Positions 54,201 through 60,386 of a DNA stretch of 64,000 nucleotides are shown in pieces. The position numbers and the translations under genes were made by a program. Location of the stretch: positions 3,808,001-3,872,000 of the forward strand of contig OZ251459.1 in the NCBI GenBank assembly GCA_965242525.1, written 5' to 3'. The stretch comes from an uncultured Candidatus Binatia bacterium (lineage in GTDB: Bacteria > Desulfobacterota > Binatia > UBA9968 > JAJDTQ01). The first letter of the stretch is position 1. Each line of letters begins with the position of its first letter. Below the pieces are notes generated by a model, which searched no databases, was not told the origin of the DNA, and saw nothing but the letters and a program-made list of their open reading frames with translations.

Positions 54201-56554
54201 GTCACCGCGCCTGCGGCGATGCTGATGCCGTCGCCATCGAAGTCGGACGCCTGCACGGTGTAGGTGAAGGTATGGCTGGGCGGCGCACTCGTGCCGCTGT
54301 GCCAAGTCGCGGTGCGCGTGTCGAGGCCGATGGTGAGCGCCACGGTCGGCGCGTCGCTGCGCACGTACACCGACTCCGAGAACGTGAGGCGCACCGAGAT
54401 CACGTCGCCGGCGGCGTAGTTGCCGCCGGCCGGGGTGGAGGTGATGGCGACGCCGGAGACGACCGGCGGCGTATCCACCTTGTGGCCGCTGGCCGCGGCG
54501 ATGGCGTGGCTGCCGAGCGCCAGGTTGGCGTTGCGGGTTCCGGTGGCGTCGCGAAGCTTGCCGGCGCCGGTGAGGGTGAGCGCACCGGCGGCGACGCTGA
54601 TGCCGTCGTCGTCGTCGTCCGAGGCCTGCACCCGGTAGTTGAAGCGCAGGGTGCTGGCGTTGGGCTTGCTGGCGAAGGCCGCGCTGCGGGCGTTGCTGCC
54701 GACGGTGAGTTCCAGGCTGGGGTTGGGTGTGGTTACCGTCACCGCCTGGTCGAAGCGCACGTCCACGCTGATGGTCTCCTGCACGCCGTAGGCGCCGCCG
54801 CTCGCCGGGCTGGAGCGGACGGTCACCGCGCTCACCGTGGGGACGCTGGTCACCGCAAGGCGGAAGGTGAGCGCCGCGGCGTCGCCGTCGCCGTCGGTGG
54901 CCCGGTAGGTGTAGGTCGTGGACGCGGCCTGGGCGGTGGGCGTGCCGTGGATGCGGCGCCGGCCGGCGTCGAAGGCCAAGCCGGCCGGCAGGGCCGGCGC
55001 CAGGGAGTAGCGCACGGTTCCGTCGCCGCCGGTGGCGGCCGGCAGCGAGTCGTTCACCGCCGTGCCGGTGGGGTAGGTCTTGTTCCCTACAGAGGCGGAG
55101 CCGAAGCTCGGTTGGGTATCGCGCACCGTATAGCGGTCGTCGTTGGCAAGGTCATAGGCGCTCAGGTCGCGCGCCGCGGCCACGGCGGCGTCGCCGGCGT
55201 CGGTGATGCCGCCGCCGTTGAGGGTGAGCGCCGCGGAGCCGATGCTGATGCCGTCGCCGTCGAAGTCCGCCGCGGTCACCGTGTACTTGAACGAGATGTC
55301 GTCGGGGTCGCTGCTGGTGCTGCTGAACGCCGCCTGGCGGACGTGGGCGCCGATGGTCAACGCGAGCTGCGGTGCGCCGGTGATGGTGACCGCCCGGTCG
55401 AACGTGACGATCGCCCAGATCACTTCGCCGGCCGCGTAATCGCCGTCGAAGCCCACCGGCGGAACGATGGTGAGCGCGCTCGGCTTCGGCGCGTTGGCCG
55501 CGGCCACGGTGATGGTAAACGGGCCGAGCGCCGCGCGGTCGCCGTCGGCGTCCGCGGCGGTGAGGGTGTGCGTGGTGGCGCCCGACACGGTGGGCGTGCC
55601 GGTGATGGCGGCGGTGGCGCTCCCCAGCGCCAGGCCGCGGGGCAGCGCGGGGGATATGGTGTAGGTGAGCGCGCCGTCGCCGCCGGTGGCTCGTGGCAGC
55701 GTGGTGGAGGTCGCAACGCCCCGCGCCAGCGACCGGTCGGCGCCGGACGCGGCTTGCGAGAAGGAGGGCGCGGTGTCGCGCACCCGCATCTTGGCGCTCA
55801 CCGTGCCGCCGCTCGCCACCGCGTGGCTGCCCAGGCTGAGCTTGACGTCGGCGGCGGAGGCCACCGTGCGGATGGTCCCGCCGTTGAGGCGGAGCGCGTC
55901 CGCGGGGACGGCGGCGCCGTCCCCGTCGAAGTCGTCCGCCCGCACAGTGTAGGTGAAGACCAGCACGTCGGCGGTATCGGCGGTCCACGCCTGCCGGAGC
56001 TCCGCGGTCTCGGCGGCGTCGTAGCCGGCCGTGCGCGTGCGGTCGCCGATGGCCAGAGCGAGCTGCGGCGTCCCGGTGACCGCCACCTTCTCGGGATATT
56101 GGAGGAGCAGCTTGATGGTTTCCCCGGACTGGTAGTTGGACTTGGTGACCCCGTTCACGGTCCACTCCAACACGTCGACGCCGTTGACCGCCGGCCCCGC
56201 AGGGGCCCAGACCTGCAGGGAGAAGGTGAGCGCCGCGGCGACGCCGCCCGCGTCGGTGGCGGTCCAGGTGTAGGTGGCGGCGGTGACCTGGTTAGGCGTG
56301 CCGGCGATGGTGCGGGTGGAGGCGGTCCAGGTGAGCCCGCGCGGCAGCGTGGCCGGCGACAGGGTGTAGCTCACCGCGCCGGTTCCGCCGGTCGCTTCCG
56401 GCAGCACGATGGGGGTGATCGCCGTGCCGGTGTCGTAGAGCCTGCTTTCGACCGTGGCCGAACCGAAGGAGAGGGGGTCGGATTGCGCCGCGGCCGGCAG
56501 CGCCAGCAGCAGGACCAGCACGACCGACCCGACGAACCGGCTAACCCGGTTCAC
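36245..56554 (-). CDS. Giant (~6,770 aa) repetitive surface adhesin with C-terminal autotransporter beta-barrel
   Basis: Signal peptide VNRVSRF..LPAAAQ (GTG at 56554); ~13 F.Y.V...DxDxDG domains; ~14 LPxATGG..LPxG putative Ig domains; Calx-beta-like repeats; barrel-type C-terminus ending LSLDLTW. Confidence 0.88.
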   Translation of the reverse strand: MNRVSRFVGSVVLVLLLALPAAAQSDPLSFGSATVESRLYDTGTAITPIVLPEATGGTGAVSYTLSPATLPRGLTWTASTRTIAGTPNQVTAATYTWTATDAGGVAAALTFSLQVWAPAGPAVNGVDVLEWTVNGVTKSNYQSGETIKLLLQYPEKVAVTGTPQLALAIGDRTRTAGYDAAETAELRQAWTADTADVLVFTYTVRADDFDGDGAAVPADALRLNGGTIRTVASAADVKLSLGSHAVASGGTVSAKMRVRDTAPSFSQAASGADRSLARGVATSTTLPRATGGDGALTYTISPALPRGLALGSATAAITGTPTVSGATTHTLTAADADGDRAALGPFTITVAAANAPKPSALTIVPPVGFDGDYAAGEVIWAIVTFDRAVTITGAPQLALTIGAHVRQAAFSSTSSDPDDISFKYTVTAADFDGDGISIGSAALTLNGGGITDAGDAAVAAARDLSAYDLANDDRYTVRDTQPSFGSASVGNKTYPTGTAVNDSLPAATGGDGTVRYSLAPALPAGLAFDAGRRRIHGTPTAQAASTTYTYRATDGDGDAAALTFRLAVTSVPTVSAVTVRSSPASGGAYGVQETISVDVRFDQAVTVTTPNPSLELTVGSNARSAAFASKPNASTLRFNYRVQASDDDDDGISVAAGALTLTGAGKLRDATGTRNANLALGSHAIAAASGHKVDTPPVVSGVAITSTPAGGNYAAGDVISVRLTFSESVYVRSDAPTVALTIGLDTRTATWHSGTSAPPSHTFTYTVQASDFDGDGISIAAGAVTANGGFLTYSGSDDPYRQALVGLGSHAVTNDGDHRVRDTAPAFSAAVPAQHYVAGTAASLTLPTATGDGSISYELTSTLPGGLAYSSASRTISGTPQAAGAASEQTWVATDGDGDETTLTFPITVAAADAPKVSALTFLSSPRTGDTYGAGETIAVGLKFDETVTRTGTPRLALSIGARTRYADYYASPSSLTGYHHVFSYTVQGADRDADGIGIGASALELNGGSIVQSSDAGVAASLALGSHAVATAGSHKVDGGANAAPAVRAVGIQSRPVASSGYAAGDVIRLSVGFTETLAVTGAPRLAIRIGTTTRQAAFDRADLKSLHFRYTVLVSDDDADGISVAADALTLPAGATVQDAHGADAALGLGTRALGNQLEHKVHTPPKVTGLSIVSTPQQAGTYTRGGVVTARVSYDQAVTVAGSPRLSLTIGGQTRTATAAAGSGNAYVDFSYTVAAGDTDADGLGITGDALTLPSGATIRDAGATDAALDLSRYAATRYAAAKVDGSRTGLWPDFGVASGPDLSMLTNRVVNYSLHSSCGPLHVGCALPRSATGDAPLAYTVSPALPAGLSLNRATAVLTGAATVAAPSTRHTLTVTDANGDTDTVTFTLAVVGARPTVRGLSFLSSPAADSTYARNEEIRVAVRFRRQGAAALVVTGAPRLALQVGGVTRQAAYYGVSGDEVRFRYTVQAADRDADGVAVAAGALTLNGGAIRDAAGNAAVLGLGRHTLSSQAAHKVDGGVTRAPSVAGVTITSRPATGDTYSRGETVEVAVRFSQGVGVTGSPRLALRIGSATRQAAYDRAGATSATQYFRYVVQQADVDADGLSIRSGALTLNSGAIRSNAGANAALALGSHAVTNAGNAKVNGALNSPAIVTGVAVTSRPATGDTFRIGEEIRVRVTFSKAVVAARRTYRQGNPGWPRLALTVGSHTRHAALKVSSQYTERAPANTTLEFGYTVPAGDYDGDGFGITQGALDVNLGGISRGGVNATLSLGSHAVSAAAYKVDGRRASVSGVSITSRPGADNTYAAGEVIRVALTFNLPIRFTGRAPNLPTLGLLVGANTRQMAYAGAGANSIAFSYTVQAADRDADGVSVVSSGLSLNGAVIDTAANGNPAVTDLSGFTVRGGASHKVDGAIRPPVVRSLAIGAPQRGSTFDRYEVIGVNVKFSQGVTVTGTPRLSLVIGSSTKTLDLASASGSQLRFEYEVQAGDADGNGVDVPANSLALNGATIRNQYGVNAALGHGSIRNYVTNASTPNVNGAANHPPVVVSAGFAGRPAGGVYGKGDAIDVVVNWGKPVTVTGTPQLAIDVGAGTRQAGRHSGSQRYTRFRYVVVAGDRDGDGIGFGSGALTLNGATITGPGGTTASLTLPAVAADANRRVDGRVLPQPAFTGTVSARTWAVGSGVSYALPAAAGARGAISYALRPALPDGLQFSAASRTISGTPTTVTAPATYTLEATDGVTGAKGALDFSIEVTANASPVFIPDTFAAQVYVKDEAITPVALPAATGGNGALSYALTGPGAVTTLTLPAGVSYTAPTGTSTGGTLSGAPTAVAAQASYTLTATDADDDQATLTFTLEVQDDAAPDFGAASVANQSWRRYKALTAFTLPAATGGNGALTYTLSPALPAGAAKDASHRISGAPSVALDATTYTWTATDSDGDRAELTFTITVADNSLPAFTGLEPMSHVWTRYKSVSGLLPVAIGGDAPLSYALSPALPAGVARSASPRAASDPDEPVVDTHNRTLSGAPTAAMARTAYAWTATDADGDQATWSFTITVQDNGRPDFGAATIPDQSWTRRKAITAFTLPTATGGDGSVSYALSPALPGGVTKDASHRVSGAPTAALAQTEYTWTATDGDGDAASLTFDVTVADRPQATLILTPSTIGESGAGNAATVTATLDRAVSAATTVTVAAAAGTNAEAGDFTLSANKTLTIAAGDTTSTGAVTITAVNNADAELDKSVTVSGSVGNAEVSAPDDVTLTITDDDRPSTPTLFIDAPSVTEGGPGDTNTLEWTVTLLPASAQRVQVSVAVNSTGTATVGTLRTRDRTGADHGFPPEPTLVFAAGVTRQTVPVTVYGDATPEPDETVVMELSNPSNASLGNATGTGKILDDDAPAVTLAVADSAIAENGGTTTVTASLSRAWSAATTVTVTAVAGAYTVGSDATITIAAGATSNAADSVTITAVDDAIDNVGDRSVTVTGTATASGRVTGAALTLTDDEATPTATLALSEPDSSNPDTINESGAGNVSTVTATLDRASSEAVTLTVAAAAGTNAATGDFSLSSTKTLTIAAGNTSSTGTVTVTAVDNTVDAPDKQVTVSATVSGDSGVAAPAGVTLTIEDDEAAPSVALAVADASISENGGTTTVTATLSHASSAATTITVTAVSGAYTVDSSDATITIAAGETANAADSVTITAVNDAVDNVGDRAVTVTGTAVNAQAAAESQTVAVTGAALTLTDDEDTPAVTLALSEPDALKPDTIDEHDGTNPGSSTVTATLDRASSAAVTLTVAATAGANAASGDFRLSSANTLTIAAGETASTGTVTVTAVDNTVDAPDKEVTVSAVVSGNSGVAAPSAVTLTIEDDEAAPTVVLAVADSAIAENGGTTTVTATLSHASSAATTVTVTAVSGAYTVGSDATITIAAGETTNASDTATVTAVNDAIDNVVNRTTTVTGTAVNAQAAAESATVAVTGAALTLTDDEDTPTVTLALSEPDALKPDTIDEHDGTNPGASTVTATLNRVSSEAVTLTVAATAGTNAADGDFTLSSANTLTIAAGETGSTGTVTVTAVDNTVDAPDKEVTVSAVVSGNSGVADPTSVTLTIEDDEAAPSVALAVADASISENGGTTTVTATLSHASSVATTVTVQAVSGAYTVDSSAATITIAAGETSNAADTVTVTAVDDAVDNVGDRAVTVTGTAANAQAAAESATVAVTGAALTLTDDEATPGVTLALSEPDALKPDTIDESGAGNASTVTATLDRVSSEAVTLTVAATAGTNAASGDFRLSSGKTLTIAAGETSSTGTVTVTAVDNTVDAPDKEVTVSAVVSGDSGVAAPTNVTLTIEDDEAAPTATLAVADSAVSENGGTTTVTATLSHASSAATTITVQAVSGAYTVDSSAATITIAAGETANAADTVTITAVNDAVDNVVNRSTTVTGTAANAQAAAESQTVAVTGAALTLTDDEATPAVTLALSEPDALKPDTIDEHDGTNPGSSTVTATLDRVSSEAVTLTVAATAGTNAVAADFNLSSAKTLTIAAGDTSSTGTVTVTAVDNTADAPDKEVTVSATVSGDSGVADPTNVTLTIEDDEAAPTVALAVADASISENGGTTTVTATLSHASSEDTTITVTAVDGAYTVDSSDTTITIAAGETANAADSVTITAVNDAVDNVGDRAVTVTGTAANAQVAAESATVAVTSAALTLTDDEDTPAVTLALSDATIDEHDGMNPGSATVTATLDRASSEAVTLTVAATAGTNAASGDFSLSNAKTLTIAAGDTSSTGTVTVTAVDNTVDAPDKQVTVSARVSGDSGVAAPASVTLTIEDDEAEPKVTLAVADSAISENGGETTVTATLSHESSAATTVTVTAVAGAYTVGSDATITIAAGETANATDTATITAVDDAIDNVVNRTTTVSGTAQNSQGVGTVTGASLTLTDDEGAPMATLALSPATIDEHDGTNPGAAAVTATLNRASTEAVTLTVAAAAGSNAAATDFKLSSAKTLTIAAGDTSSTGTVTVTAVDNAVDAPDKEVTVSAEVSGDSGVADPTSVTLTIEDDEAAPTVALAVADASISENGGATTVTATLSHASGVATTITVQPEAGAYTVGADATITISAGETSNAADTATITAVNDAIDNVGNRSVTVNGTAQNSHGVGTVTGVALTLTDDEATPAVTLALSEPDALKPDTIDESGAGNASTVTATLDQVSSEAVTLTVAATAGTNAASGDFRLSSTKTLTIAAGETASTGTVTVTAVDNTVDAPDKEVTVSAVVSGNSGVAAPSAVTLTIEDDEAAPTVALAVADSAISENGGTTTVTATLSHASSAATTVTVTAVSGAYTVGADATITIAAGETENATDSVTITAVNDAIDNVVNRSTTVTGTAANAQAAAESATVAVTGAALTLTDDEDTPAVTLALNPAAIDEHDGANPGTSAVTATLNRASTEAVTLTVAAAAGTNAAATDFNLSSAKTLTIAAGETSSTGTVTVTAVDNTADAPDKEVTVSASVSGDSGVADPTNVTLTIEDDEAAPTVALALADSSISENGGTTTVTATLSHASSVATTITVQPEAGAYTVGADATITIAAGETSNAADTATITAVDDAVDNVVNRSATVTGTAQNGHDVGTVTGAALTLTDDETTPTATLALSDATIDEHDGTNPGSAMVTATLNRASSEAVTLTVAATAGTNAASGDFSLSSAKTLTIAAGDTSSTGAVTVTAVDNTAHAPDKQVTVSASVSGDSGVADPSSVTLTIEDDEAAPKVTLVLSSSSISEDGGEATVTATLSHASSAATTVTVAASAGAHTGAADFRLSANRVLTIAAGTTTSTGTVTISAVDDDEDAANDKVVSVSATAANSHGVAGDPNAVTLTITDDDLDLKPTFGGAQVASRLWPTATVIPRLVLPRATGGDGTLTYTLSPALPSWLSRNGFLVTGTTPDDPTNQVEYTWTVEDEDGDEDSVRFLAAVIRPGDPPRLVNPPGIVVNTGDLPALSLSSPRVTEGASGTTSALTWTVTLSKASTAQVTVKYADAGTGTATSGTDYAALSAGTLTFAPGETSKTVTVTVTGDGVDEPDETVKVSLSEPVNARLPVSAATGTGTIEDDDAAPTVTLAVADSAISENGGTTTVTATLSHASSAATTVTVQPEAGAYTVGADATITIAAGETSNTADSVTITAVDDAIDNVVNRTATVSGTAQNSQGIGTVTGASLTLTDDEGAPTATLVLNPAAIDEHDGTNPGSATVTATLNRTSSEAVTLTVAAAAGRNAASGDFSLSSAKTLTIAAGDTSSTGTVTVTAVDNTVDAPDKEVTVTAVVSGNSGVAAPASMTLTIEDDEAAPTVALAVADASISENGGTTTVTATLSHASSAATTITVQPVSGAYTVGSDATITIAAGETSNAADSVTITAVDDGVDNAEDRSVTVTGTAENSQGVGGVAGAALTITEGSGQGTRQNAGAEDGAPAFGSDTFDAQRYVRDSTIAPVSLPAATGGDGTLTYTLSGPGDSSSLTLPAGIAYAAPSAGDGTGGTLSGTPAEVAAEATYTLTATDEDGDEASLSFRMEVVSSVRAAAPDLTPSFDPSIFAAQRYIEGQVIEPVVRLPAATGGDGRLSYELRGPLVASGGDVTRLARPSRAPLPTGILYVAPGRPEMCRGQRGDAGKGDMPMADGGGTLCGTPREASVERVYTLTATDEDGDSATLRFTILVEPDLTPSFEETVADQEWIEDEDITPVSLPLARGGNGTLRYTLTPALPGGVVRDPSTHTVTGTPTEGLERTEYAWTATDEDGDSAVVRFSVTVLTEAEVQRRRLRGVNEVILPEVSRAMWSSAVDSVSVRLGPERRVESADVARTVASVLEKLPGRERGLEEGLGWDELLGLRQDGWKQPEGEGIDWKEVLGGTSFTVRLGKEEEEGWGLGMWAGSDYRSLSGGRGVEWEGGLFGVHTGADAELGAGLVGGLGASWFDADVEYTDRRGGEEVRGEHRSRMTLFHPYLGWSSAGGSQLWAVFGYGEGKVTLRDGAAGRESSDAEFRGGGLGGSVRVFTGAEGAATVDVKGEGQMTGLRVDDNGELLEGVSVGTHRLRMAVEGKRRLEWESGGWLEPSVELGVRWDGGDGETGAGLELGSGMRYAHAGLGLSVEGSGRVLLAHAGEVREWGAGGTVRLDPGSDGRGLSLQVSPAWGKTDSGMDRLWQEGLTGAGESGSGSGARVDAELGYGVGVLDGVMTVYGGVGVSSGERAYRMGSRFALGPSLSLNLEGERAGSSDGAPEYGVKLSLDLTW
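38700..47870 (-). repeat. Intragenic tandem ~690-745 bp two-domain repeats of the adhesin
   Basis: Near-identical units recurring near 41367, 42072, 42774, 43464, 44172, 44898, 45618, 46341, 47067, plus copies near 38952 and 39642. Confidence 0.9.
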
Positions 56555-56597
56555 CGTCCCGGCCCCTATTTCGTATGGTGTCGGCCGCCCGGAACGA

Positions 56598-56630
<33 letters not shown>

Positions 56631-56711
56631 CACCGACCGATGGCCGGCGCCGCGGACAGGATACGGCGACCACGGCGATGGACCCACTCGTAAACAGGTG
56701 GACGAAGCACG

Positions 56712-56815
56712 CACGAACAATTCCGGCTCGAACTCCCTCTCCCTGTGGGAAAGCGCGTCCTTCGACTTCGCTTCGCTACGCTCAGGACGAACGGGGGTAA
56801 TCGTTCAGGGTTTCC
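56712..56815. mobile_element. MITE family A copy, reverse orientation
   Basis: Near reverse complement of 8866-8975, ends AATCGTTCAGGGTTTCC. Confidence 0.8.
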
Positions 56816-56894
56816 TGAATTCAATTCCACCTCGGATAGATTAAGGATCGACACTCCAGGCGAATACCTTAGAGACCGTCTTGGAATTTTTCGA

Positions 56895-57007
56895 GGCGCT
56901 TCGGGCTTTCGTGTGGGTTGTGACACTCCCCTCAACCCCGCGGTACCCACTCTGCGAAGTCCTGCCACACATTCCCGCGAAAGCCCCGCGCCGAAGCCGG
57001 AAGACCT
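56895..57007. mobile_element. Short MITE family B copy
   Basis: Starts GGCGCTTCGGGCTTTCGTGTGGG, ends GAAGCCGGAAGACCT; flanks TTTTTCGA / CTTTTCGA (7 of 8 match). Confidence 0.65.
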
Positions 57008-57093
57008 CTTTTCGATTCACCGGAAATCATACTATCGTCTCGAAAAATCTCAAGACCGGGGGCCCCCTGCCTTTCGCGCCGCCGGACCGGCCC

Positions 57094-58620
57094 TCAGACC
57101 ACCTGCCGGTCCAGGCTGCGGTACTGGATGGCTTCGGCGATGTGCGGCGGCAGGATCTCGTCGGCGCCGGCGAGGTCGGCGATGGTGCGGCCGACTTTCA
57201 GGATGCGCACGTAGGCCCGGGCGCTCAGTCCGAGCCTCCGGATGGCGGTCTCCAGCAACCGCTCTCCCGCGGCGTCCACCCGGCAGTACCGCTGGACGTC
57301 GCGGGCGCTCATGCGCGCGTTGGCGTGCAGCCCGGTCTCCTCGAAGCGCGCCACCTGGACCTTCCGGGCCTCATCGACCCGCTTGCGGATGGACTCGGAG
57401 GGCTCGCCCGGGGCCCGGGACGCCAACGCCCGGTATTCCACCGCGGGGACTTCCACCTGGATGTCGATGCGGTCGAGCAGCGGCCCCGAGACCCGGGAAC
57501 GGTACCGGGCCACCTGCATGGGGGTGCACCGGCACTCCCTCTGGGGGTCTGCGAAGAACCCGCAGGGACAGGGGTTCATGGCCGCCACCAGCATGAAGCT
57601 GGCCGGGTAGTCGATGGACCCGGCGGCCCGGGCCACGGTGATGCGGCCGTCCTCCAGGGGCTGCCGCAGGACCTCCAGGACGTTGCGGCGGAACTCCGGC
57701 GCTTCGTCCAGGAACAGCACGCCGTTGTGGGCCAGAGACGCCTCTCCGGGCTTGGGCGTCGCGCCGCCGCCCACGAGGCCGGCGTCGGAAATGGTGTGGT
57801 GCGGCGCCCGGAACGGCCGCACCGCCACCAGCGCCCTGCCGTTCAGCACGCCGGTCACGCTGTGGATCTTGGTGGTCTCCAGGGCTTCCGTCAGGGTGAG
57901 GGCCGGGAGTATGGTGGGGAGCCGCTTGGCCAGCATGGTCTTCCCCGCGCCCGGAGGACCCATCAGCAGGACGTTGTGGCCGCCCGCGGCGGCCACCTCC
58001 AGGGCGCGCTTGACGTGGGGCTGTCCCCGGACGTCGCCGAAGTCGGCGTCGTGGACGGCGTTCCGGCTGAACAGCCGGGCCAAGTCCACCCGGGTCGGCT
58101 CCAGTTCCCGGTCTCCGTTCAGGAAGTCCACCACCTGCGCCAGGTTCTCGACGCCGAAGACGTCGATGCCCTGGACCACCGCGGCCTCGGCGCTGTTGGC
58201 CCCGGGCAGGATCAGGCCCTTCAGCCCCTGCCGCCTCACCGCCGCGGCGATGGGCAGCGCCCCGCGCACGGGCTTGACGCCGCCGTCCAGGGACAACTCC
58301 CCCACCAGCAGGTAGTCGCCGAGTCGGGAAGCGTCCACCGCTCCCTGGGCGGCGACGATCCCCAGGGCCATGGGGAGGTCGTAGCCGGACCCTTCCTTCC
58401 TCACGTCCGCGGGGGCCAGGTTGACGGTGATCTTCTGGGGCGGAAACGGATAGCCGCAGTTCCGCAGCGCCGCCCGTATGCGCACCTTGCTCTCGCGCAC
58501 GGCGCCCTCGGGCAGTCCCACCGTGGCCAGTTCGGGGAGCCCGGAGGCGATGTCCACCTCCACCGTCACATCGAGGGCGTCGATGCCGTGGAGCGACGCG
58601 CAATGAGTCCTGGCAAGCAT
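57094..58620 (-). CDS. comM: YifB/ComM Mg-chelatase-like AAA+ ATPase
   Basis: VGLPE.AVRES, NLAPAD, GPPGAGKT, PFRAPHH, LFLDE, AAMNPCPCG. Confidence 0.92.
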   Translation of the reverse strand: MLARTHCASLHGIDALDVTVEVDIASGLPELATVGLPEGAVRESKVRIRAALRNCGYPFPPQKITVNLAPADVRKEGSGYDLPMALGIVAAQGAVDASRLGDYLLVGELSLDGGVKPVRGALPIAAAVRRQGLKGLILPGANSAEAAVVQGIDVFGVENLAQVVDFLNGDRELEPTRVDLARLFSRNAVHDADFGDVRGQPHVKRALEVAAAGGHNVLLMGPPGAGKTMLAKRLPTILPALTLTEALETTKIHSVTGVLNGRALVAVRPFRAPHHTISDAGLVGGGATPKPGEASLAHNGVLFLDEAPEFRRNVLEVLRQPLEDGRITVARAAGSIDYPASFMLVAAMNPCPCGFFADPQRECRCTPMQVARYRSRVSGPLLDRIDIQVEVPAVEYRALASRAPGEPSESIRKRVDEARKVQVARFEETGLHANARMSARDVQRYCRVDAAGERLLETAIRRLGLSARAYVRILKVGRTIADLAGADEILPPHIAEAIQYRSLDRQVV

Positions 58621-58630
58621 CCTCTGTATG

Positions 58631-58728
58631 GGAAACCCCGAACGATTCCGGCTCCCTGCGGAAAAGCGCGTCCTTCGACTTCGCTTCGCTACGCTCAGGA
58701 CGAACGGGGTTCGTTGTCTAGGGTTTCC
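58631..58728. mobile_element. MITE family A copy with 4-bp TSD
   Basis: GGAAACCCCGAACGA...TTGTCTAGGGTTTCC flanked by TATG (58627-58630, 58729-58732). Confidence 0.82.
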
Positions 58729-58867
58729 TATGGATACCATCGGCGGGTCGAGCCGGACCTTTAGCCCGCGCTCCCGGAAACGGGGAATCGAGCCGCTTCG
58801 AGCTTGTCACCAACGGGAAATCCTGCTAGGAGGGGTCATGCACATGATGGAGCCGAAATGACCGGGG

Positions 58868-58895
58868 AGCCCAGGCCAGCGTCTGGGCTTTTTTT
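58868..58895 (+). terminator. Terminator-like hairpin in the guaB leader
   Basis: AGCCCAGGC-cagc-GTCTGGGCT followed by a T run, 25 nt before the guaB ATG. Confidence 0.65.
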
Positions 58896-58919
58896 GTACT
58901 TGCCGCTCCGAGGTGGAGG

Positions 58920-60386
58920 ATGCTCGAACAGGAAGTATTGCCCATTGGGCTCACCTTCGACGACGTGCTGTTGATCCCCGCGGAATCGTCGGTGCTGCCG
59001 CGCGACGCGGACGTGTCCACGCGGTTGACGGAGCGCATCCGGCTCAACATCCCGCTCCTGAGCGCGGCCATGGACACGGTCACCGAGGCCCGCACCGCCA
59101 TCGCCATGGCCCAGGAAGGCGGCATGGGCTTCATCCACCGCAACATGCCGGTGGAGGCCCAGGCCAAGGAAGTGGAGAAGGTCAAGAAGTTCGAGAGCGG
59201 CATGATCTCGGACCCGGTGACCGTGGACCCGCACCAGAAGATCGCTGAGGCGCGGCAACTGATGGACCAGCACGGCATATCGGGGCTCCCGGTGACCCGG
59301 CAGGGCCGGCTGGTGGGGATACTCACCAACCGCGACCTGCGCTTCGAGAAGAACCCGGACCGCTGCGTGGACGAGCTGATGACCAAGGACAACCTGGTCA
59401 CGGTGCGGGACGGCGTGGACCTCGACGAGGCCCAGGAGATCCTCCACCGGCACCGGATCGAGAAGCTGCTGGTGGTGGACGAGCACTACCGGCTCAAGGG
59501 CCTGTTCACGGTCAAGGACATCGAGAAGAAGACCCGCCATCCGCTGGCGTGCAAGGACGACCGGGGCCGCCTGCGGGTGGGGGCCGCGGTGGGCGTGGGG
59601 CCGGATTGCGAGGAGCGGGTGGAGGCCCTGGTGCGGTCCGACGTGGACGCCGTGGCGGTGGACACGGCGCACGGCCACGCCGCCAAGGTGCTGGAGACGG
59701 TGGCGCGCATCCGCCGGGAGCATCCGGAACTGGACCTCGTCGGCGGCAACGTGGCCACTGCCCAGGGCGCCCAGGCCCTCATCGACGCGGGCGTCGACTG
59801 CGTGAAGGTGGGGGTGGGGCCGGGCTCCATCTGCACCACCCGGGTGGTCTCCGGCGTCGGCGTCCCGCAACTCAGCGCCGTTGCCGACTGCGCCCGTGTG
59901 GGCGCGCGCACCGGCGTGCCGCTGGTGTCGGACGGCGGCATCAAGTATTCCGGCGACGTCACCAAGGCCCTGGCCGCGGGCGCCAGCGCGGTGATGATCG
60001 GCACGCTGTTCGGGGGCTGCGAGGAAAGCCCGGGGGAGACCGTGCTCTACCAGGGGAGGACCTACAAGGTATATCGGGGCATGGGCTCCATCGGCGCCAT
60101 GCGGGAAGGCAGCAGGGACCGCTACGCCCAGGACGACATCGAGGAGGACGTGAAGCTCGTGCCCGAAGGGGTGGAAGGCCAGGTGCCCTACCGGGGCACC
60201 CTGGCGTCGAACATCTACCAGCTCATCGGTGGCGTCCGGGCCGGCATGGGGTACGTGGGCTGCGCCGACATCCACGAGCTCCAGACCAAGGCCCGGTTCA
60301 TGCAGGTCACCGCGGCCGGCCTGACCGAAGGGCACGTCCACGACGTCTTCATCACCAACGAAGCGCCCAACTATCGAAGAGAATGA
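58920..60386 (+). CDS. guaB: IMP dehydrogenase
   Basis: [19 protein letters not shown] pair, [15 protein letters not shown]. Confidence 0.96.
   Translation: MLEQEVLPIGLTFDDVLLIPAESSVLPRDADVSTRLTERIRLNIPLLSAAMDTVTEARTAIAMAQEGGMGFIHRNMPVEAQAKEVEKVKKFESGMISDPVTVDPHQKIAEARQLMDQHGISGLPVTRQGRLVGILTNRDLRFEKNPDRCVDELMTKDNLVTVRDGVDLDEAQEILHRHRIEKLLVVDEHYRLKGLFTVKDIEKKTRHPLACKDDRGRLRVGAAVGVGPDCEERVEALVRSDVDAVAVDTAHGHAAKVLETVARIRREHPELDLVGGNVATAQGAQALIDAGVDCVKVGVGPGSICTTRVVSGVGVPQLSAVADCARVGARTGVPLVSDGGIKYSGDVTKALAAGASAVMIGTLFGGCEESPGETVLYQGRTYKVYRGMGSIGAMREGSRDRYAQDDIEEDVKLVPEGVEGQVPYRGTLASNIYQLIGGVRAGMGYVGCADIHELQTKARFMQVTAAGLTEGHVHDVFITNEAPNYRRE

Noticed and set aside
58835-58890. ZMP/ZTP riboswitch upstream of guaB
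   Set aside because: CCGGGGAGC and CGTCTGGGC resemble parts of the motif but the GACUGGCG...GGUGG 5' portion is missing
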